Notes: a model not told the origin generated them from the letters alone. Positions 7,896 to 15,995 are shown, numbered from the stretch's first letter. The stretch is DNA of 27,733 nucleotides from an uncultured Candidatus Saccharibacteria bacterium (GCA_964462155.1 CAYWWH010000003.1:1211-28943); one strand, 5' to 3'. Made by a program: numbers and translations.

Positions 7896-8696
7896 TTAAA
7901 ATGCATGGTGGTCACTATCTTCCCCTGCATGCATTTCGTTTTCATGACCATGTCCAAAGGTTTCGTGTGTCCAAACTAACACTACCGTCATCATACTAAA
8001 TCCGAGCAGAATTAAAGAAGACGCCTTCCAGATAGAACCATAATTTTTTAAATTACCATGTATCCTTGGTAATAAGTCACTAGCGGAGAGGAAAAGTAAA
8101 TTCCCCGCAGCGAGTGCTGTAATAATCCAGAGATACTCATGAGCATGTTCCTCAACTGCGTACAAGATTCCAAGGCCAATAAAAATACTGGATGCTGATA
8201 TAAAGTTATACAACGCAGCTCTCTTCTTAGAAAATCCTGCTTGAATAAGGATTCCAAACTCAACAACTTCTTGAGGTATTTCATGAAGCCCTAAACCAAT
8301 AGCTGTAGCAATTCCTACCGACGGGTCAATAAGGAATGCACTCCCAAGAATAAGCCCATCTGCTACATTGTGAATAGCATCTCCAATTAGGAGAAGTATT
8401 GCCGCTCCCTTCCGCTCACATCCTTCCTCTTCAAGGTGATGGTACCTAGTGTGTAGTACGTTTGCGAGCACGTAAAAGGTAATAAACCCGAAGACAATCA
8501 CAGTCCCGCCGTATACACCTGAGCTCGCTAACGTTTCAGGGATAAGTTCAATAAATATGAGACTTAGGAACACTCCTACAGCAATAGGTACAGTCAGCGT
8601 AAGTCCTCCTAAAGACTTTCCTGAAGTCCGAAACAAAATAACCCCAATAAGAGATAGTATTGCTATGCAAAGAGCTGCGATTAGAGATGTCCCCAT
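7896..8696 (-). CDS. ZIP (ZupT/Zrt-Irt) family metal transporter
   Basis: TM4 GDAIHNVADG, TM5 LHEIPQEVVEFG, a His-containing loop and a His-rich C-terminal tail. Start trimmed to ATG 8696 because the track extension runs through the regulatory region. Confidence 0.92.
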   Translation of the reverse strand: MGTSLIAALCIAILSLIGVILFRTSGKSLGGLTLTVPIAVGVFLSLIFIELIPETLASSGVYGGTVIVFGFITFYVLANVLHTRYHHLEEEGCERKGAAILLLIGDAIHNVADGLILGSAFLIDPSVGIATAIGLGLHEIPQEVVEFGILIQAGFSKKRAALYNFISASSIFIGLGILYAVEEHAHEYLWIITALAAGNLLFLSASDLLPRIHGNLKNYGSIWKASSLILLGFSMMTVVLVWTHETFGHGHENEMHAGEDSDHHAF

Positions 8697-8719
8697 GTAC
8701 GTATAGTAAAAAAATAATT

Positions 8720-8734
8720 TGCAAATGAATTGCA
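8720..8734. promoter_or_regulatory. Putative Fur/Zur-family operator, copy 1 (TGCAAAT-G-AATTGCA)
   Basis: 7-1-7 imperfect palindrome between divergent ZIP and Fur genes; overlaps a second palindrome, ATTTGCAAAT (8717-8726). Confidence 0.72.
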
Positions 8735-8735
8735 T

Positions 8736-8764
8736 TTGTAAGTATACGGGAAAAATGGCATACT
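8736..8764 (+). promoter_or_regulatory. Predicted promoter of the Fur-family gene
   Basis: TTGTAA (8736-8741), 17 nt, CATACT (8759-8764), with an extended TG at 8756-8757. Confidence 0.5.
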
Positions 8765-8778
8765 GCAAATCAATTGCA
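8764..8778. promoter_or_regulatory. Putative Fur/Zur-family operator, copy 2 (TGCAAAT-C-AATTGCA)
   Basis: Identical to copy 1 except at the central base; 44 bp downstream, over the predicted transcription start. Confidence 0.72.
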
Positions 8779-8791
8779 TATGGGATGTAGA

Positions 8792-9163
8792 ATGACCGTA
8801 AAAAGAACACAGATACTGTCCGTACTTAAGAAACATGGTGGGACTCTATCCGCAAAAGATATTCATACTGCGTTACTTCACCGTGTAGACCTCGTGACTA
8901 TATACAGAAACCTTGATGTCTTTGTGAAAGAGAAAGTAATAAAAAAAATTCACCTTGATACAGGAGAAGCTCTGTATGAGTATCAACACGAACCTCACCA
9001 CCACGCTATTTGTTCTAAGTGTGAAAGAGTTATTCATTTCACCGCTCCCGATAAAAAGATTCGAAAACTCCTTGGTATTGAAGATTTTGATGTTGAATCT
9101 ATCGAGGTCACGGTACGTGGATTCTGCGTAAAAGATAGTAAGAAAAAAAGTAACATGCAATAA
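8792..9163 (+). CDS. Fur-family metalloregulator, probably Zur
   Basis: KRTQIL..L, SAKDIH, DLVTIYRNL (wHTH), HHHAICSKC and VRGFC; divergent from a ZIP transporter. Alternative starts at 8774/8780. Confidence 0.9.
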   Translation: MTVKRTQILSVLKKHGGTLSAKDIHTALLHRVDLVTIYRNLDVFVKEKVIKKIHLDTGEALYEYQHEPHHHAICSKCERVIHFTAPDKKIRKLLGIEDFDVESIEVTVRGFCVKDSKKKSNMQ

Positions 9164-9177
9164 ATATTCCAATCATA

Positions 9178-9207
9178 CAAAAAAACCAGCGTACGCTGGT
9201 TTTTTTG
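9178..9207. terminator. Bidirectional intrinsic terminator (perfect 30-bp palindrome)
   Basis: CAAAAAAACCAGCGTACGCTGGTTTTTTTG between the convergent fur and rpsI genes, with 7-U tracts on both strands. Confidence 0.88.
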
Positions 9208-9251
9208 AAACAAATTTTTTTTGGCTTTTGGAAATTTTAGGCTCTACCAGA

Positions 9252-9653
9252 CTAACGTTTGCTCCATTGCGGTGCTCTACGAGCTTTCTTAAGTCCGAAT
9301 TTGCGTCGCTCCTTCATGCGTGGATCTCGTTTGAGGTACCCTGCGCTCTTGAGAGGTTTTCGGAGAGTCTCTTCAAATTTTGTAAGTGCACGAGCAATAC
9401 CGTGTCGAACTGCTTCTGACTGTGATGAACTACCACCACCTATTACTTTAACTGAAACAGTAAACTCCTTAGCTACCCCCTCTACGGTTAATGGCTCTGA
9501 AACTTTTTGTCGTAACGTTGGCGTCTTAAAGTACTCTTCAACCGCCTTACCATTAATCGTAACATCAGTCTTTTTAGCTGGTGTTATACGAACACGAGCT
9601 GTCGATGTTTTTCTTCGTCCTACTGCTTCAATGTATTGTGTGTCCTTTGCCAT
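9252..9653 (-). CDS. rpsI: 30S ribosomal protein S9
   Basis: AVGRRKTSTARV, GGGSSSQSEAVRHGIARAL, RDPRMKERRKFGLKKARRAPQWSKR. Alternative start at 9665. Confidence 0.98.
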   Translation of the reverse strand: MAKDTQYIEAVGRRKTSTARVRITPAKKTDVTINGKAVEEYFKTPTLRQKVSEPLTVEGVAKEFTVSVKVIGGGSSSQSEAVRHGIARALTKFEETLRKPLKSAGYLKRDPRMKERRKFGLKKARRAPQWSKR

Positions 9654-9657
9654 ACTA

Positions 9658-10017
9658 TTATTCATGTATCGTTAGATTCTTCATGCGTTTTGTTCGAAGG
9701 CGGTTACTTGGAAGCATCCCGTAAATTGCTTTACGTAACACTTCACTGTAGCCCTTCTTTTCAATAATTTTTTGCATAGAAAGAGTTCGCAAACCATCTG
9801 GATACCCTGAGTAGCGAGTGTAGTTAGTTTGCTTTCGCTTCTTCTCTTCAATGAGAAGTTTTCCAGTATGCACTACAACAACCTTTACAGGTGCTACTAC
9901 ATTTTTAACTACATCTGTTCGATGCTTCCCCATAAGGAGAGTTGCTATTTCAGTTGCCACTCTTCCAAGGCGTTTCCCTGTTGCGTCTATTGTGTGTTGT
10001 TCTACTTTCTCATTCAT
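9658..10017 (-). CDS. rplM: 50S ribosomal protein L13 (short, 119 aa)
   Basis: IDATGKRLGRVATEIA.LLMGKH, YSGYPDGL, AIYGMLP. Start trimmed from 10161 to ATG 10017 because the extension overlaps rplQ. Confidence 0.95.
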   Translation of the reverse strand: MNEKVEQHTIDATGKRLGRVATEIATLLMGKHRTDVVKNVVAPVKVVVVHTGKLLIEEKKRKQTNYTRYSGYPDGLRTLSMQKIIEKKGYSEVLRKAIYGMLPSNRLRTKRMKNLTIHE

Positions 10018-10021
10018 ACTT

Positions 10022-10375
10022 TTATACAAAACCGATAAACGCCTTAATAGCGGCATCTCCCGGACGAATACCAACACGTACGATACGTGTGTATCCTCCA
10101 TTTCTCTCCTTGTAACGTGGACCAATCGTTGTGAAAAGTTTCTTTGTCGCCTCTTCGTCATTTCCCAGTACTGAAAGTACCAAACGTCGCTTTGCGACAG
10201 AATCAGTCTTAGCGTGCGTTATGAGCTTCTCAACGTATGGACGAAGTGACTTTGCTCGAGCTTCTGTCGTTATTATCTTCTCTTCGAGAATCAAGTTTCG
10301 AGCAAGTGAACGCATAAACGCTGTTCGCACTTTGCGCTCTCGGCCGAATTTTCTAATGTTGTTGTGATGCATCAT
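10022..10375 (-). CDS. rplQ: 50S ribosomal protein L17
   Basis: RKFGR, I.TTEARAK.LR..VEKLIT.AK, RNGGYTRIV. Confidence 0.97.
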   Translation of the reverse strand: MMHHNNIRKFGRERKVRTAFMRSLARNLILEEKIITTEARAKSLRPYVEKLITHAKTDSVAKRRLVLSVLGNDEEATKKLFTTIGPRYKERNGGYTRIVRVGIRPGDAAIKAFIGFV

Positions 10376-10383
10376 GGTACCTG

Positions 10384-10412
10384 AGTATACTTATTCTTTA
10401 TCTATTTGGCAA
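10384..10412 (-). promoter_or_regulatory. Internal promoter for rplQ-rplM-rpsI
   Basis: TTGCCA (10412-10407), 17 nt, TATACT (10389-10384), 8 nt, ATG. It fills the rpoA-rplQ gap almost exactly. Confidence 0.65.
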
Positions 10413-11396
10413 CTAGCGTAATGTTATCCCGAACTCTGAAAGAGCACGCTTAATTTCTTGCAAGCCCTTAAGTCCTAATCCCTCAATTGCAAGGACATCC
10501 TCCTCACGTTTTCTTGCTAAACCTCCTACTGTGCGGATGTTTGCTTGATCAAGTGCGGTAATAGTTCGGGTTGATAGTTTGAGAGATTCAATGCGTGTTT
10601 TAAGAACTTCGGTGTCAACTTGCTCTTTCTGTTTTGGTTGAAGATTTGTTGTTTCCACTCTTTCAACTGAAACTGGGGCGACTTCAACAACCTCTTCTTC
10701 TTTTGACTCCTTGAAACCAACGATTGCTTTGAGCTGGTGTATCATTATTTCAATCGATTTTTCAAGAGCTTGTCGAGGAGTGATTGCACCGTCGGTCTCA
10801 ATGAAAATGCGAAGGCGGTTGTAGTCAGTCCTATCTCCAACGCGCATGTTCTCAACCTCATAGTTTACACGGCGGATAGGGGTAAATGTAGCATCAAGTT
10901 GAATAGTGCCTATCTCTGCTTTTTCACTGTTTCGAAGCTCACGAGGAACGTACCCAAGACCTTTCTCGAGAGTGATTTCAATGTTAAGAGAAGCGTTCTT
11001 TGAAGTAAGTTCGGCTATGTGCTGTTCAGGGTTTAACACTTCAACTTGGCCGGTTACCTTAATGTCTTTTGCGGTGACCTCTCCAATACCTTTTGAAGAA
11101 AGAGTTAATACCTGCGCCTCATCTCCAATCATTTGGAAGCGCACTCTTTTTAGGTTAAGGAGAATAGTTATTACATCTTCCTGAACACCTTCAAGCGTTG
11201 CAAACTCATGAGGAACATCATCAATCTTAACTGAAGTAATAGCAGCTCCTGTTAAAGAGGAGAGGATAATTCTTCGAAGTGAATTACCAAGTGTATGTCC
11301 GTACCCTGGAAATAATCCATCTATTTCAAAACTAGCGGAGTTTTTATCCTCCATAACTACTCGGGGCTTTGAAGGCAGTGCTACTTTGTTATCCAT
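10413..11396 (-). CDS. rpoA: RNA polymerase alpha subunit
   Basis: GYGHTLGNSLRRIILSS, HEF, LEKGLGY, DATFTPIRRVNY.VENMRVGDRTDY, and an intact alpha-CTD. Start trimmed to ATG 11396. Confidence 0.98.
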   Translation of the reverse strand: MDNKVALPSKPRVVMEDKNSASFEIDGLFPGYGHTLGNSLRRIILSSLTGAAITSVKIDDVPHEFATLEGVQEDVITILLNLKRVRFQMIGDEAQVLTLSSKGIGEVTAKDIKVTGQVEVLNPEQHIAELTSKNASLNIEITLEKGLGYVPRELRNSEKAEIGTIQLDATFTPIRRVNYEVENMRVGDRTDYNRLRIFIETDGAITPRQALEKSIEIMIHQLKAIVGFKESKEEEVVEVAPVSVERVETTNLQPKQKEQVDTEVLKTRIESLKLSTRTITALDQANIRTVGGLARKREEDVLAIEGLGLKGLQEIKRALSEFGITLR

Positions 11397-11445
11397 ACAA
11401 ATGCAAGAGATTAGAGATGTTAATAAAAAATAATGACTATGAAAA

Positions 11446-12066
11446 CTACCTACTGTAGAACTCAAGTATAGCATCGACTGCCCCTGGCATTTCTGTGTTT
11501 TCTGGCGTTGGGCGAGCTAATACTTTTGCCTCCTGTTTCTTGCCGTCAAAAGCAATCCACGTAGGAATACTTGCATCTTGAACACCTTGTTTTATTCGCT
11601 CCATAATGGAAAGACCTTGTGTTCGTTTGCGAATGCTAATACCTTCACCTTCACTGAGGATTCTGCTTGGGATAGTGGTTCGCACACCGTTTACAAGCAC
11701 ATGACCGTGTGAGACGAGCTGACGAGCAGCTCTTCGTGTAGGTGCAAAACCAAGTCTATATATAACGTTGTCAAGACGCATTTCAAGTTGTTCGATAACT
11801 CGAGTCTTTCGGTCAACTCCAAGAAGTGCGGATCTGTTTGCTTCTTCAATGTACTTACGTAATTGCTTCTCTGTTATACCGTACGCAAAACGAACTCGTT
11901 GTTTTTCAATAAGTTGCTTACCGAAGTCACTTGTTGATTTTCTTTGACGAGAACCCATGTGTTTAGCATGCTTAGCTTCACTCACTGTATACTTCTGAGT
12001 CTGACACTTATCAAAGACGCCTGCTCCGAGACGACGACATACTTTATATGTTGGTTGCGCTTTCAT
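11446..12066 (-). CDS. rpsD: 30S ribosomal protein S4
   Basis: QLIEKQRVRFAYG, LEMRLDNVIYRLGFAPTRRAARQLVSHGH. Confidence 0.98.
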   Translation of the reverse strand: MKAQPTYKVCRRLGAGVFDKCQTQKYTVSEAKHAKHMGSRQRKSTSDFGKQLIEKQRVRFAYGITEKQLRKYIEEANRSALLGVDRKTRVIEQLEMRLDNVIYRLGFAPTRRAARQLVSHGHVLVNGVRTTIPSRILSEGEGISIRKRTQGLSIMERIKQGVQDASIPTWIAFDGKKQEAKVLARPTPENTEMPGAVDAILEFYSR

Positions 12067-12098
12067 ACTAACGTTTACACTTGCTTATCTTTTACCTA

Positions 12099-12533
12099 CT
12101 AAACACGTCGTGGTTTCTTTGGACGAGGACCATTAAATGGTACTGGTGTCTCATCTCGAATACCTGTTATCGAAATACCTTTTGCTGAGAATGAACGCAT
12201 GGTTGATTCCCTTCCTGCACCAACTCCTCGTATTACAACGTTTACTTCTTTCATTCCCATTTGAAGAGCCTTTTCCGCAATAAGTTCACCTACCTTCGCA
12301 GCGGCAAATGGTGTACTCTTCTTAGCACCCTTAAAACCGAGACATCCACTTGAGCTTGCTACGAGCGTATTACCTTTCTTATCTGTTAACGTGATAATAG
12401 TGTTATTGTACGTAGCTTGAACAAAAAGAGTTCCCCTATCAATCTTTTTCTTAGCTGCTCGTGAAAGTGCGCGAGAACGAAGCCCTTCGTTGACTGCAGT
12501 ACCTTTCTTCTTAATGATGCGTTTCTTTCCCAT
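12099..12533 (-). CDS. rpsK: 30S ribosomal protein S11
   Basis: ATYNNTIITLTD, GFKGAKKSTPFAA, GAGRES, DETPVPFNGPRP.K.RRV. Confidence 0.98.
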   Translation of the reverse strand: MGKKRIIKKKGTAVNEGLRSRALSRAAKKKIDRGTLFVQATYNNTIITLTDKKGNTLVASSSGCLGFKGAKKSTPFAAAKVGELIAEKALQMGMKEVNVVIRGVGAGRESTMRSFSAKGISITGIRDETPVPFNGPRPKKPRRV

Positions 12534-12550
12534 AGTGTATTAGTCCTAAA

Positions 12551-12934
12551 TTACTTCTTCTCAACTTTTCTTCTACCACTTCCCATGGTCTTTCTCTCAC
12601 CCTTAAGAGTACGAGCATTCGTTTTTGTATGTTGACCTCTACAGGGTAAGTGTTTGATGTGACGAGTTCCACGGTAACAGTTAATGTCTTTGTAGCGTTT
12701 TATGTTAGATCCAATTTCACGTCTAAGTTCACCTTCAATAAGAATCCCCTTCTCTTCAATAATTTTTCGTATAACACCTTCTTCATCAGTTGATAGTGTT
12801 CCTGGCTTGCGTCCAAAGTCAATTTTAGCCTCTTCAAGTATCTCATGTGCAAGTGGACGACCTATGCCGTACACAGCAGTAAGACCGAGTTCGAGTCTTT
12901 TATTTTCTGGAATGGTTATACCTGCGATTCTCAT
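12551..12934 (-). CDS. rpsM: 30S ribosomal protein S13
   Basis: RIAGITIP, LTAVYGIG, EGELRR, YRGTRH...LPCRGQHTKTNART. Confidence 0.98.
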   Translation of the reverse strand: MRIAGITIPENKRLELGLTAVYGIGRPLAHEILEEAKIDFGRKPGTLSTDEEGVIRKIIEEKGILIEGELRREIGSNIKRYKDINCYRGTRHIKHLPCRGQHTKTNARTLKGERKTMGSGRRKVEKK

Positions 12935-12952
12935 ACTACAATGACATTTAAA

Positions 12953-13069
12953 TTATCCTTGGCGTTGCTTATTGCGTGGCTTCTTTTTATTAATAACATA
13001 CAAACGACCGCGCCTTCGCACGATCTTATCATCTGGACTTCTTTTCTTTATTGATGAACGTACTTTCAT
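12953..13069 (-). CDS. rpmJ: 50S ribosomal protein L36, zinc-free (C-) form (absent from ORF track)
   Basis: Manual translation: [38 protein letters not shown] (38 aa), in the canonical slot between infA and rpsM. Confidence 0.97.
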   Translation of the reverse strand: MKVRSSIKKRSPDDKIVRRRGRLYVINKKKPRNKQRQG

Positions 13070-13081
13070 GGAAATGTTTAC

Positions 13082-13297
13082 TTAAGTTCTTCGTACTATT
13101 CTTGCTCTTCCACCATACGGATCAAGTTCGAGATGCACTGTATCTCCAACAAGAACCTTAATCCTGTGCAGTCTCATCTTCCCAGCAATATAGGCAAGCA
13201 CTACAGTACCGTCTTCTGTGACGACACGAAAAAGTGCGTTTGGAAGGGCCTCTTCGACCGTTCCTATGACAATTTGCTTATCCGATTTATCCTGCAT
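13082..13297 (-). CDS. infA: Translation initiation factor IF-1
   Basis: [39 protein letters not shown]. Alternative GTG start at 13309. Confidence 0.96.
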   Translation of the reverse strand: MQDKSDKQIVIGTVEEALPNALFRVVTEDGTVVLAYIAGKMRLHRIKVLVGDTVHLELDPYGGRARIVRRT

Positions 13298-13329
13298 TGA
13301 GCGTGGCACAAAGAGTATCAGATACGGCT

Positions 13330-14772
13330 TTAATCGTCAAGTTTAGTGACAACTAGAATGTCACCAACTTCATCAGGAAATGTGGTTTTCCAAAATGGCA
13401 CAACATTTGCTTCTATTCTGTCAATACCTGGGTACTTACTGAGTACACCTGTCTCAACAGGTGTTTCAATGACATCTTTGTTTTTTCCTGCCAAGTCTTT
13501 CGCCAACTCATCGTCATTATATTCCCAAATAAAGCGCGCTTTTCCTTTAACTGCAACGTCATAGACCTCACTCTGCCATGGAAGATTATTTTGAGATAGC
13601 ACTTCATTTTCAGAAGGGCTTCCCCCATCTTCTCCCTTATCAACCGGTGCCACACCTTCGCCTTGTGGTTTTACAGTGACCGACAGTTCTTCCATGTTGT
13701 CAATACGAATTGGTGAGTCACTATACTCAGTCAACGTAAGTGTTGCGGTTAATTTAGCAAAAGGTTCTGTTGGAAACAGGACACCGTGAAGTTTGCCGGA
13801 AAGCATCAGACTTACTTTGCCCTCCTCCTCTAATTCATCAGGAAGAGTGTTGAACTCAAAAAATACCGCATCTTTGAAAAGGTGATACCCTTCAGGTTTT
13901 TCAGTACTTGTAAATGCTGCAGAAAGGAGCTCATCTCGGAGTTGCTGTTCAAGAGCTTTTAGCGCCTGAGAACGATCTTCTTCTTCAACAGTTCTCTTTA
14001 CACCCTTAAAGCCACCTGATAGTGGACCATTTGATTTTGCGTAAATTAACTCCTCTTGGGGTAAACCGGAGAATCCAGGAATCGTAAATGATTCAGTATT
14101 TTCAATATTATATGCCTCACCCGGCTCTTCGGCATAAACAGTAACTTCAATAGTTCCAGCACTACCATCACTCTTCTTCCCTGGAACTTCAATTGATTCT
14201 TGTATCCTATAAATACGGTTAGCAGTTGATTCAAAGCGTGTGTTTTTTATGAGACGCTGAGGAGTATCTGAGTATTCGTTGTAAATAGTAATCTTCCCTG
14301 AAGCACGCTCTTCAACCTCCTCCTCACCTTTAGCATCAACAACCCGTTTTGCCGTACGTTCAAGGACTATACGCTGAATAGCTAAACCACCTTCTCCGGG
14401 ATTTTGTGAAGATGCTTTAAACGTTGCATCTACTACAACAGTGTCTTGTTTCGGATGCACAGTGACGGTCGCGCCTGCAAACATGAGAGAGAGGCCGAGT
14501 GACGTTAGAATAACTACAGAAGCAATACCGAGAGCTGTGTACAGCCATTTTTTATTAGTACGTACACCACTCCTCCTTTCCCGTCCATATGGAGGAGGAA
14601 CCCTCCTCCGCTCTTCAGAATACTGTTCATGGTCGTTGTCATATGATATTCGTCTCTCCTGAGGTACATACTCTCTCCCAGTAGATTGCTCAAACTCCTG
14701 AACACGAGGTTGAGGACGGCGAATCCTGTCTTGATTTTTTACGATAACATCTTGAAGAGGTGGTTTTCTCAT
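13330..14772 (-). CDS. Bitopic membrane protein with baseplate-J/gp47-like extracytoplasmic domain
   Basis: Charged N-terminal tail, one TM (~aa 75-97), then ASGKITIYN..., [23 protein letters not shown] recognise this pattern from CPR proteins annotated 'baseplate J-like'; not verified by search. Confidence 0.6.
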   Translation of the reverse strand: MRKPPLQDVIVKNQDRIRRPQPRVQEFEQSTGREYVPQERRISYDNDHEQYSEERRRVPPPYGRERRSGVRTNKKWLYTALGIASVVILTSLGLSLMFAGATVTVHPKQDTVVVDATFKASSQNPGEGGLAIQRIVLERTAKRVVDAKGEEEVEERASGKITIYNEYSDTPQRLIKNTRFESTANRIYRIQESIEVPGKKSDGSAGTIEVTVYAEEPGEAYNIENTESFTIPGFSGLPQEELIYAKSNGPLSGGFKGVKRTVEEEDRSQALKALEQQLRDELLSAAFTSTEKPEGYHLFKDAVFFEFNTLPDELEEEGKVSLMLSGKLHGVLFPTEPFAKLTATLTLTEYSDSPIRIDNMEELSVTVKPQGEGVAPVDKGEDGGSPSENEVLSQNNLPWQSEVYDVAVKGKARFIWEYNDDELAKDLAGKNKDVIETPVETGVLSKYPGIDRIEANVVPFWKTTFPDEVGDILVVTKLDD

Positions 14773-14780
14773 ATGGTTTA

Positions 14781-15989
14781 TTATTTTTTAGTATACCACA
14801 CACCCTTTTCACTCGTACAGAACGGGAGGAGCATAGCAAAGGTGGATAGTCTCAAATCACCCTCCTCTCGATCTCTCTCCCCTTTTGAAGGTAAAATACG
14901 TAATTCTATACTATCAATATCCACCGGTGTTCGCATCCCCGGCAGTTCCCACTCGTTTTCAAATAAGGTTCTATAGAAAGGAGTCCACTCATCTTCTGTG
15001 AATAGTACAAAGTGTTTAGGAGGAACTACACCATTTGAGATTTGACCAACTCCTTTCAGACAGTGCTCTTTCCAATCCAAAAGTTCTTCTTGAAGAGTGT
15101 GGGAGAGCTTCTCAAATGTCATTTGTTTTTTCTTTTTAAAGACTTCAAACGCACTCTTTGCCTCATCAACACTTAGTGCTTTTGGATTCTCAGACTTAAG
15201 TAGGTGATTTGAACCTTTGGGTATGGTGCTGAGGTTATGTAGTACTCCCTTCTTAAATAAAAATAGTTGTGTGATTTCTCCCGTAACTTCAAGAAGAACA
15301 AAGTTCTTCTTGGACAGTACCCGTGAATACTCAGAAAGAATGTGCGCCGATGAGTGATACACAATATCATGATTTGGAACAACACGACTGACAACTTCTT
15401 CAATATTCTTTTTAATTGATTCGGCTATAAAACTTGAGTAGTATATCCCCTCGATTTCGTTTACACTACGTCGAAGTATGGATGTTGTTGTATACCCGTT
15501 AAGTAAAAAAATGAGCGGGTATGTTTCAAAAGAAAGTGGAGACCCCATGACCTCTTGCCATGAATCAAGTTCTTGTCGCTCTCGAGCATTTGCGCAAGCA
15601 CTTGCCTCAAGAGATTGGATTTCAAGGGGGGTAACAAAGAATTTTTTCTCCTTACTCTGCTTACTGCGAGAAACGGTTCCAAAGTACCATGGGGTCCCAA
15701 GTATGCAGTGCACTTGCATACTACGAACAGAAAATGATGGAGTGTCTCGAGAAACAACCTTAACTCCCTCACTTATCATCTTCATGCCCGCCTCAAGGAG
15801 CGTTGCGTACATCGTGCGAACGTACCGAGAGTACTCATCCGTTCCTGTAAAACTAAATTCGAGTCGTTTGCTCCAGAGTAGCTTAGGTACTACTCCTTTT
15901 TTGACAAGAGAAACACCAATACTTGTAGAAGCGATATCAAAAAGTGCATAAAAACCCTCTTCTTTGTTCGAAGATCCAAAACTAACCAT
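14781..15989 (-). CDS. Divergent FtsA/PilM-like actin-fold (ASKHA) protein
   Basis: Phosphate-1-like LFDIASTSIG, phosphate-2-like LLEVTGEITQL, and IPKGSNHL (cf. FtsA/PilM 'iPiGg..i'). Start trimmed from TTG 16025 to ATG 15989. Confidence 0.6.
   Translation of the reverse strand: MVSFGSSNKEEGFYALFDIASTSIGVSLVKKGVVPKLLWSKRLEFSFTGTDEYSRYVRTMYATLLEAGMKMISEGVKVVSRDTPSFSVRSMQVHCILGTPWYFGTVSRSKQSKEKKFFVTPLEIQSLEASACANARERQELDSWQEVMGSPLSFETYPLIFLLNGYTTTSILRRSVNEIEGIYYSSFIAESIKKNIEEVVSRVVPNHDIVYHSSAHILSEYSRVLSKKNFVLLEVTGEITQLFLFKKGVLHNLSTIPKGSNHLLKSENPKALSVDEAKSAFEVFKKKKQMTFEKLSHTLQEELLDWKEHCLKGVGQISNGVVPPKHFVLFTEDEWTPFYRTLFENEWELPGMRTPVDIDSIELRILPSKGERDREEGDLRLSTFAMLLPFCTSEKGVWYTKK
14790..14798 (-). 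promoter_or_regulatory. Extended -10 inside the FtsA-like gene 3' end, upstream of the baseplate-J-like gene
   Basis: Minus strand TGgTATACT, 17 nt before ATG 14772; it also encodes the W-Y-T codons of the upstream gene. Confidence 0.4.
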
Positions 15990-15995
15990 ACTGTA

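Noticed and set aside
9164-9251. tRNA or ncRNA in the larger intergenic gaps (also 16026-16134 and 6364-6471)
   Set aside because: No cloverleaf or T-loop GTTC motif; the gaps are explained by terminators and promoters.
9259-9675. 138-aa plus-strand ORF antisense to rpsI
   Set aside because: Shadow of a conserved gene, with no initiation signals or recognisable motifs.
10018-11474. Long N-terminal extensions in the track (rplM to 10161, rpoA to 11474; likewise ftsW, mraY, ZIP, M16, nuclease, mltG)
   Set aside because: They arise from upstream alternative codons overlapping neighbouring genes or promoters and show no family similarity.
13330-14772. Prophage or contractile injection system, suggested by the baseplate-J-like gene
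   Set aside because: No sheath, tube, spike, capsid, terminase or integrase genes in the window; the protein has a TM anchor and sits among core genes.
15478-15951. 157-aa plus-strand ORF, and the other 60-120 aa track ORFs nested in or opposite real genes
   Set aside because: Fully overlapped by better-supported CDSs, with atypical composition and no motifs.
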